The position numbers and the translations under genes were made by a program. The notes below the pieces were generated by a model that worked only from the letters and a program-made list of their open reading frames with translations, had not been told where the DNA came from and ran no database searches. A stretch of 64,000 nucleotides of DNA, from contig OX597816.1 in NCBI GenBank assembly GCA_951406725.2, positions 139,748,001 through 139,812,000 of the forward strand. The letters run 5' to 3'. The stretch's first letter is position 1; each line of letters opens with the position of its first letter. Of the stretch, positions 57,553 through 64,000 are shown piece after piece. The stretch comes from Octopus vulgaris (taxonomy: Eukaryota).

Positions 57553-57925
57553 AACTTGTTTCAGTCACGTCTGCGAGTGTGCTGGAGCACTGCCTTGGGG
57601 GATCTTAGTCGAACAAATCCACCCCAGGACTTATTTTCTAAGCCTATTATTTATTTTATCAGTCCATTTTGCCGAATCGCTAAGTTACGGGGACGTAAAC
57701 ACACCAACACCGGTTGTCAAGCGGTGATAGGGGTGGACAGACGCAGACAAATATAGGTGAAAAGATATATTTATACGACAACCTTCTTTCAGTTTCCATC
57801 TGCCAAATCCACTCACAAGGCCTTGGTCGGCCCAAGGCTGTATTTAGAAGACACCCTGCCCAAGGTGGGACTTAACCAGGAAGCATATGGTTGGGAAGCA
57901 AGCTTCTTACCACACATCCACGCCT
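57553..57925 (-). mobile_element. SINE family A
   Basis: Reverse-complement copy including the head. Confidence 0.8.
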
Positions 57926-58059
57926 CTGTGTGTATGCACGTGTGTGCTTGTGTGTGTTTGTGTTTGTCCCCACCCCCACCGCTTGACAACCGGTGGCGGT
58001 GTATTTACGTCCCCGTAATTTAGAGAGACCAATGGAATAAATACCAGGTTTAAAACATT

Positions 58060-58653
58060 TTGGGGAAGGAGGCTTATCGATTATATCGACCTCAGAGCTT
58101 ATCTAGTACTTATTTTTAAAACCGCAAAAGGATGAAAAGCAAAATCGACCTTGGAAGCGTTTGAACTCAGAACGCAAAGCCAGAAGAAATGCCTATTTCT
58201 TTACTACCCACAAGGGCTAAACACAGAGGGGACAAACAAGGACAGGCAAACGGATGAAGTCGATTATATCGACCCCAGTGCGTAACTGGTACTTATTTAA
58301 TCGACCCCGAAAGGATGAAAAGCAAAGTTGACCTCAGCGGAATTTGAACTCACAACGTAAAGGCAGAAGAAATACCGCTAAGCATTTTCTCCGATACTTT
58401 TATGATTCTACCACCGATTATCACCAGCGGTCCAACCGCGACCATTCTGACCGTTAGACACAAGGCCCGAAATTTTGGGGGAGGGACCAGTCGATTAGAT
58501 CGACCCCTGTACGCAACTGGTACTTAATTTATCGACCCCGAAAGGATGAAAGGTAAAGTCGACCTCGGAAGAATTTGAACTCAGACCGTAAAGACAAACG
58601 GAATATCGCTAAGCATTTCGCCCTGCGTTCTAACGTTTCTGCCAGCTCGCCGC
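58060..58653 (-). mobile_element. Cluster of three family C SINE copies
   Basis: Three occurrences of aaaggatgaaa(a/g)g(c/t)aaa(a/g)t(c/t)gacct..tttgaactca. Confidence 0.8.
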
Positions 58654-59644
58654 TTTTATCTAGGATTATCATAAGAGATAATATTGTCCAATTATTGAAG
58701 TTAAATAACATCTTCATTATACGGCATCGAAACCGCATCTTAGGGTAACACTCTCAGAAAAAAGAACGAAATGCAGAGATGTGTTGTGTTTAGAGGGCCT
58801 CCCCCCACCCCACTCTCACCCCACTCAGCGTATAAACTCACACACTGAATGCTCCGCCTCTAAACTAATGCAGCAGAACAAACGAAGAACTGATACTTTC
58901 TGACGTCAGACGAGTTGGATGTGCAGCAAGATTCCTCCCACACGATATCGAAACCCGGACCAATAGAAGCTGAAATTACATAACTCTATTCCTCTCTCCC
59001 TCCCTATCTATCTTCCCTCCCACCTTCCCACTCTCGCTTCTTCCTTCCCTCGTTCCTAGTTTACATCTTAGATGCATAAGGTAACCAGAGTATTTCGGTG
59101 GGACGCTATGAAAACGAAGAGATAGAGATAGAGAGAGAGAAACAGAGAAACAGAGAGAGAGAGAGAAACAGAGAGAGAGAAAGAAAGAGACAGACAGGCA
59201 GACAGATAAACAGACAGACAGGCAGACAGCTAAACAGACAGACAGGCAGACAGACAGATAGACAGTGAGACAGAATGACAGACAAGCGGAGACAGTGACT
59301 GAGAACAAGCGAATTAGGGAGGTAACGTGCGCAAGTATTTGCGTGCGTGTGAATGTGTGTGCGTGCGTGCGTTTGTGTGTGTGTGTGTGTGTGTGCGTGT
59401 GTGTGCGTGTGTGTGTTAATGTATTCGAGTATGTGGGTGAGTGTTTTGAATCTGTGTACGTTTGCGAGGACGCATGAATGTATGCATACATGTATGTATT
59501 TATGTATGCATGTATGCAAGCCTTTCATATTTGCATAGAATGTTTAACTTGCTGCCAGTTATGCTAGAGGCATGTTCGAACATGTAGTAAAGCCGTTCTC
59601 GGTACTTTCTCATGGAGAAAATTTTCTCACTATAAACAAATTCG

Positions 59645-59708
59645 TGTAAACACACCGAATCGTGTGCGTATGCGTGTAGAGGTGTGTGTGTGTGTGTGTG
59701 TGTGTGTA

Positions 59709-59766
<58 letters not shown>

Positions 59767-59904
59767 CGTGTATGTAAATGTGCATAGGGAAGAAAATACC
59801 ACGTGAGTGAGTGGCTTAGGCACGTTGTGTGTGTATGTGTGAATGTGTATATATATGTGTATGTATGTGTAAACACACCGAATCTTGTGCGTATGCGTGT
59901 AGAG

Positions 59905-59955
<51 letters not shown>

Positions 59956-60050
59956 CGCGTGTGTAATTGCGCATACGGAAGAAAATACCACGTGAGTGAG
60001 TGGCTTAGGCACGTTGTGTGTGTATGTGTGAATGTGTATATATATATGTG
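59645..60050. repeat. ~200-bp tandem duplication built around (GT)n
   Basis: gtaaacacaccgaatc.. and gaagaaaataccacgtgagtgagtggcttaggcacg each occur twice. Confidence 0.85.
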
Positions 60051-60322
60051 TGTGTATGTATGTGTGAATGTGTGCAGGTGTGTGTATGTATGTGTGTATG
60101 GGTGTGTGGTTAAAAAAAATTAAAAGGAAATTGTTTGTGCATGTTTTAGCGTGTGAATAGAAAGCGCGTTATTTAAATGCATCAAGCAAAAGAAAGGAAG
60201 AGGGATTTCAAAAAAAATAAGCATTTAAAGATGAAGAATGGAAGATGACAAGAATGGCAAATAGGGATTCAAATAAGGTATCGGACAAGCACACGCACAC
60301 ACGTGCATAAATTCACAATATA

Positions 60323-60448
<126 letters not shown>

Positions 60449-60465
60449 GCATATATACATATGTA

Positions 60466-60542
<77 letters not shown>

Positions 60543-60762
60543 TTTATATACAACAGGCTTCTTTCAGTGTCTGTCGACTAAATCCACTCACACGGCTTTG
60601 GTGGGCCCGTAGTTATAGTATAAGTCACTTGCCCAAGGTACCACGCAATGGGACTGAATCTGGAGACATGTTTTTGTGAAACAAGGTTCTTACCACACAG
60701 CCACATATGTATGTATATATCTATCTATCTATGTAGGTATATATCTATGGATATATATATTC

Positions 60763-60843
<81 letters not shown>

Positions 60844-60869
60844 TACATATATACATATACATATATACG

Positions 60870-60900
<31 letters not shown>

Positions 60901-60917
60901 GTATATATACATGTCTC

Positions 60918-61378
60918 CAGGTTCAGTCCCATTGCGTGCCACCTTGGGCAAGAGACTTCTACTATAACTTCGGGCCCACCAAAGCCGCGGTGAGGGCGCG
61001 TGGCTTAGTGGTTAGGGCATTCGGCTCATGATCGTAAGGTTGTGAGTTCGATTCCCGGCGACGCGTTGTGTCCTTGAGCAAGACACTTTATTTCACGTTG
61101 CTCCAGTCCACTCAGCTGGCAAAAATGAGTTGTACTTGTATTTCAAAGGGTCAGCCTTGTCACTCTCTGTGTCACGCTGATTATCCCCGAGAACTACGTT
61201 AAGGGTACACGTGTCTGTGAAATGCTCAGCCATGTGCACGTTAATTTCACGAGCAAGCTGTTCCGTTGATCGTATCAGCTGGGACCCTCGTCGTCGTAAC
61301 CGGCGGAGTCTTTTAACCAAAGCCGCGTGAGTGGATTTAGTCGACAGACACTGAAAGAAGCCTGTTGTATATAAATGC

Positions 61379-61417
<39 letters not shown>

Positions 61418-61688
61418 TGTCTGTCTGTCTGTCTGTGTATGTGTGTGTGTCTGTGTGTGTGTGTGTGTATTTATTTTGTTCGTGTTTGTCCCTCATCACC
61501 GCTTGACAACCGGTGCTGGTGTGTACGTCTCCATAACTTAGCAGTTCAGCAAAAGAGGCCGATAGAATAAGTACAAGGCTTTAAAAGAAAAAAGTCGTGG
61601 TGTCGACTTCTTCGACAAAAAAAAAACCCTTCTAGGCGGTGCTGTAGTATGGCTGCTGTCAAATGACTAAAAGAATAAAAGAATAACA
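60918..61688 (+). mobile_element. SINE family A interrupted by a nested family B SINE
   Basis: Family A sequence resumes at 61316 after the insertion. Confidence 0.8.
60990..61315 (+). mobile_element. tRNA-derived CORE-type SINE, family B, full length, 12-bp TSD accaaagccgcg
   Basis: A-box tggcttagtgg, B-box gagttcgattcc, core tgtgtccttgagcaagacact. TSD at 60978-60989 and 61316-61327. Confidence 0.9.
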
Positions 61689-61977
61689 GAATGTCCATAT
61701 ACGTCAACCAATACATTCCTTGTGCACGTCCTCTTGTCTATTAAGTTAAATTTATTATTTGTTTATTTGAATTGATTATTTATTTGAAATGGCTACACAC
61801 ACATACACACGTCAAATTTGCGAATGATAATTGCAAACATCCCTAAACACGTATTTATGGCATTGTATAGAGGTATGAATTGTGAACATTATTAATATTT
61901 ATACATATATATATATTGTATATATATACATATATACATATACATGCATACATATACATACATATATACATACATAA

Positions 61978-62041
<64 letters not shown>

Positions 62042-62043
<2 letters not shown>

Positions 62044-62362
62044 TTCTATAATAGGATAATTTTTTTTTCAAAAAACATTTCATCAAAGTGGCAGCGTATT
62101 AAAATACCTTTAAAGGTGAAAATTATAAACAATTATAAATAAGCGCAAAAGAAAAAAAGATTTGTATGTCAATATGTATATTGTAATGTGGTGATTGACT
62201 ATTTAAAGTCTATTCTCAGCATATTGGCATAGAATTTTTTTTTTCTTTTGCCCTTTTTTTATAATTGTTTATAATTTTCACCTTTAAATGTATTTTAATA
62301 TGCTGCCACTTTAATGAAATTTTTTCTTTTGTTTTGAAAAAATTTATCCTATATTAGAAGTG
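62042..62362. mobile_element. Fold-back/MITE-like element with ~135-bp imperfect inverted arms inside (TA)n
   Basis: 62042-62176 is complementary to 62220-62362 (e.g. aaagtggcagc..tttaaaggtgaaaattataaacaattata vs tataattgtttataattttcacctttaaa..gctgccacttt). Confidence 0.8.
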
Positions 62363-62419
<57 letters not shown>

Positions 62420-62733
62420 GCCGAGTTGGTCATTTCACAGTTTGTTAACTGCTCTTCTTAGACAAGTCTCCCGAAAATGATAACGTGCATCTGCATGTTT
62501 GCGCCATCAATAAAGACCTCCACGAAGCAGAACAAACCGTTAACCAAGTCACCCTCAACTTTCACCTTACAGCCCTATGCATTTCAATATGCACCTGAGA
62601 AGATATAATAGCCATGTCACCCGCACCTTTCATCTTACTGCCTAATGGATTTCAGTATGTACATGAGAAGACATAGCAGTCAGATCTCTTTCATTTCACA
62701 TCCTATTAGCTTATGTTATGTTTGCATGTGTGC

Positions 62734-62783
<50 letters not shown>

Positions 62784-63065
62784 CACTGGCTTACCTGTAA
62801 CTATGAGGATTTTTCAATCACGTCAGGGACAGAAGCCGAATGTGAAAAGTGAAGTGTGAAATCGATCTAACGCGCCGGTACATTTTGGTAACCCATCGCT
62901 CCTTTCGATATACCTTTTAAATCATATTTGTCTGCCCTTTCACTGAATGGCATGTCAATTTTGGAGAATACTTTATTTATTTATTTTATTGTCCCCACTT
63001 CATATGGAGCTGGTCTGAATCAAGAATTAATGTTGCATGGTATTTGATTTCCTGTGTTTGTGTGT

Positions 63066-63310
63066 GTGGCTGTGTGGTAAGAAGCTTGCTTCCCAACCAT
63101 ATGGTTCCGGGTTCAGTCCCAATGTGTGACACCTTGGGCAAGTGTCCTCTGCTATAGCCTCAAGCTGGCCAAAGCGTTGTTAGTGGATTTGGTAGACGGA
63201 AACTGAGACGTCCGTCGTATGTGTCTGTGTGTGTATATGCAGTCTACCGGTATTGATGTGTTTACCTTAACTTGGCAGTTCGGCAAAAGATGTCGATAGA
63301 ATAAGTACCA
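63066..63310 (+). mobile_element. SINE family A
   Basis: Head, CORE-like segment and partial body. Confidence 0.8.
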
Positions 63311-63427
63311 AAAAAATATATCCCACTAGATATACTGAGATCTAGTCGGTGTACCAATGTACAGAAAGCCAGAACAACATGCCAAGGAAACCTCAATATA
63401 TCTAGTGAGATATATTTTTCTACACCA

Positions 63428-63533
63428 AGCACCTGACATGACACAGCCAGCCTGATTGATGCAACACAACCAGATGCACAATATCCTACCCCTATGGGAC
63501 AGATGCAGGATGGATCGAAACGATCGTCGTGCT
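63428..63533 (+). ncRNA. Degenerate hammerhead motif followed by AATAAA
   Basis: agcac CTGA(CA)TGA ... GAAA CGATCG TC gtgct. Stem I 5 bp, palindromic stem III, GUC triplet, 2-nt insertion in the core; AATAAA at 63535-63540. Confidence 0.5.
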
Positions 63534-63700
63534 GAATAAAGATTCGTACCAAATCTATCTTCCGTTTCTTTTATCAATTATATATATATATATAGTTAAT
63601 CCAAACATGAAAGCACAAAAAAACACAACAACGCGAGGTCGTGGAACAAATATAGTATTATTGGACGCTCAGGAAAGAAAGAAAGAAGGAAAGAAGGAGG

Positions 63701-63735
63701 GTTTAACGTTTCGAGCGGAGCTCTTCGTCGGAAAC
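63701..63735 (-). ncRNA. Minimal type I hammerhead motif (second copy of the 42699 family)
   Basis: gttt CCGACGA a gagc-tcc-gctc GAAA CG TT aaac, within element 63594-63805. Confidence 0.6.
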
Positions 63736-63802
63736 ATAGGAGAAGGAAAGATCCAGAGAAGGGAAGACAGAGGAAAAAAATCGCCAACGGTACTCACGCG
63801 GT

Positions 63803-63853
<51 letters not shown>

Positions 63854-64000
63854 TTTATATATATATCATTTAATGTACGCAGTATAAAGATACGATCTAC
63901 TATTAGTTTCTTGTCTTGAAGACACGTCTCTAGGCAGGTTTTTTTATAATTCGCCTTGTGCTTTCAATCAATCTTCGGCCTCTGAGAACTTGAAAATGAG

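Noticed and set aside
60995-61070. tRNA gene candidates (also 8847, 9207, 36423, 52067)
   Set aside because: These are SINE heads: A/B boxes run straight into multicopy SINE bodies without a complete cloverleaf.

Overview
AT-rich, microsatellite-saturated eukaryotic DNA. The (TA)n/(TACA)n/(GATA)n load and the SINE families point to an octopus (coleoid cephalopod) genome; this is an inference from repeat content. Nearly all ORFs in the track are microsatellite artefacts. The only host coding sequence I can support is a 63-nt first coding exon on the minus strand (33330-33268, MLTPTSTQYHYPEYLQPLPTT|GTGAGT). It matches the N-terminus of NET-family zinc-finger repressors (NocA/Elbow/ZNF503/ZNF703). 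It has a candidate TATA box at ~35170 and a first intron that appears to be >33 kb, since exon 2 is not in the window. The rest is mobile DNA: several tRNA-derived SINE families, mariner/maT and hAT-Buster transposase relics, MITEs with clean TSDs, R4/Dong-type restriction-like-endonuclease retrotransposon fragments in (TACA)n and (TAA)n tracts, and degenerate Gypsy pieces. The most striking unexplained structure is a set of ~130-270 bp non-coding inserts in (TA)n tracts. They carry minimal type-I hammerhead ribozyme motifs with palindromic stem III and/or perfect fold-back heads, resembling Penelope-like pLTR derivatives. Two of these motifs lie in the sense orientation of the NET gene's intron. 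All alignments and folds were done by eye.
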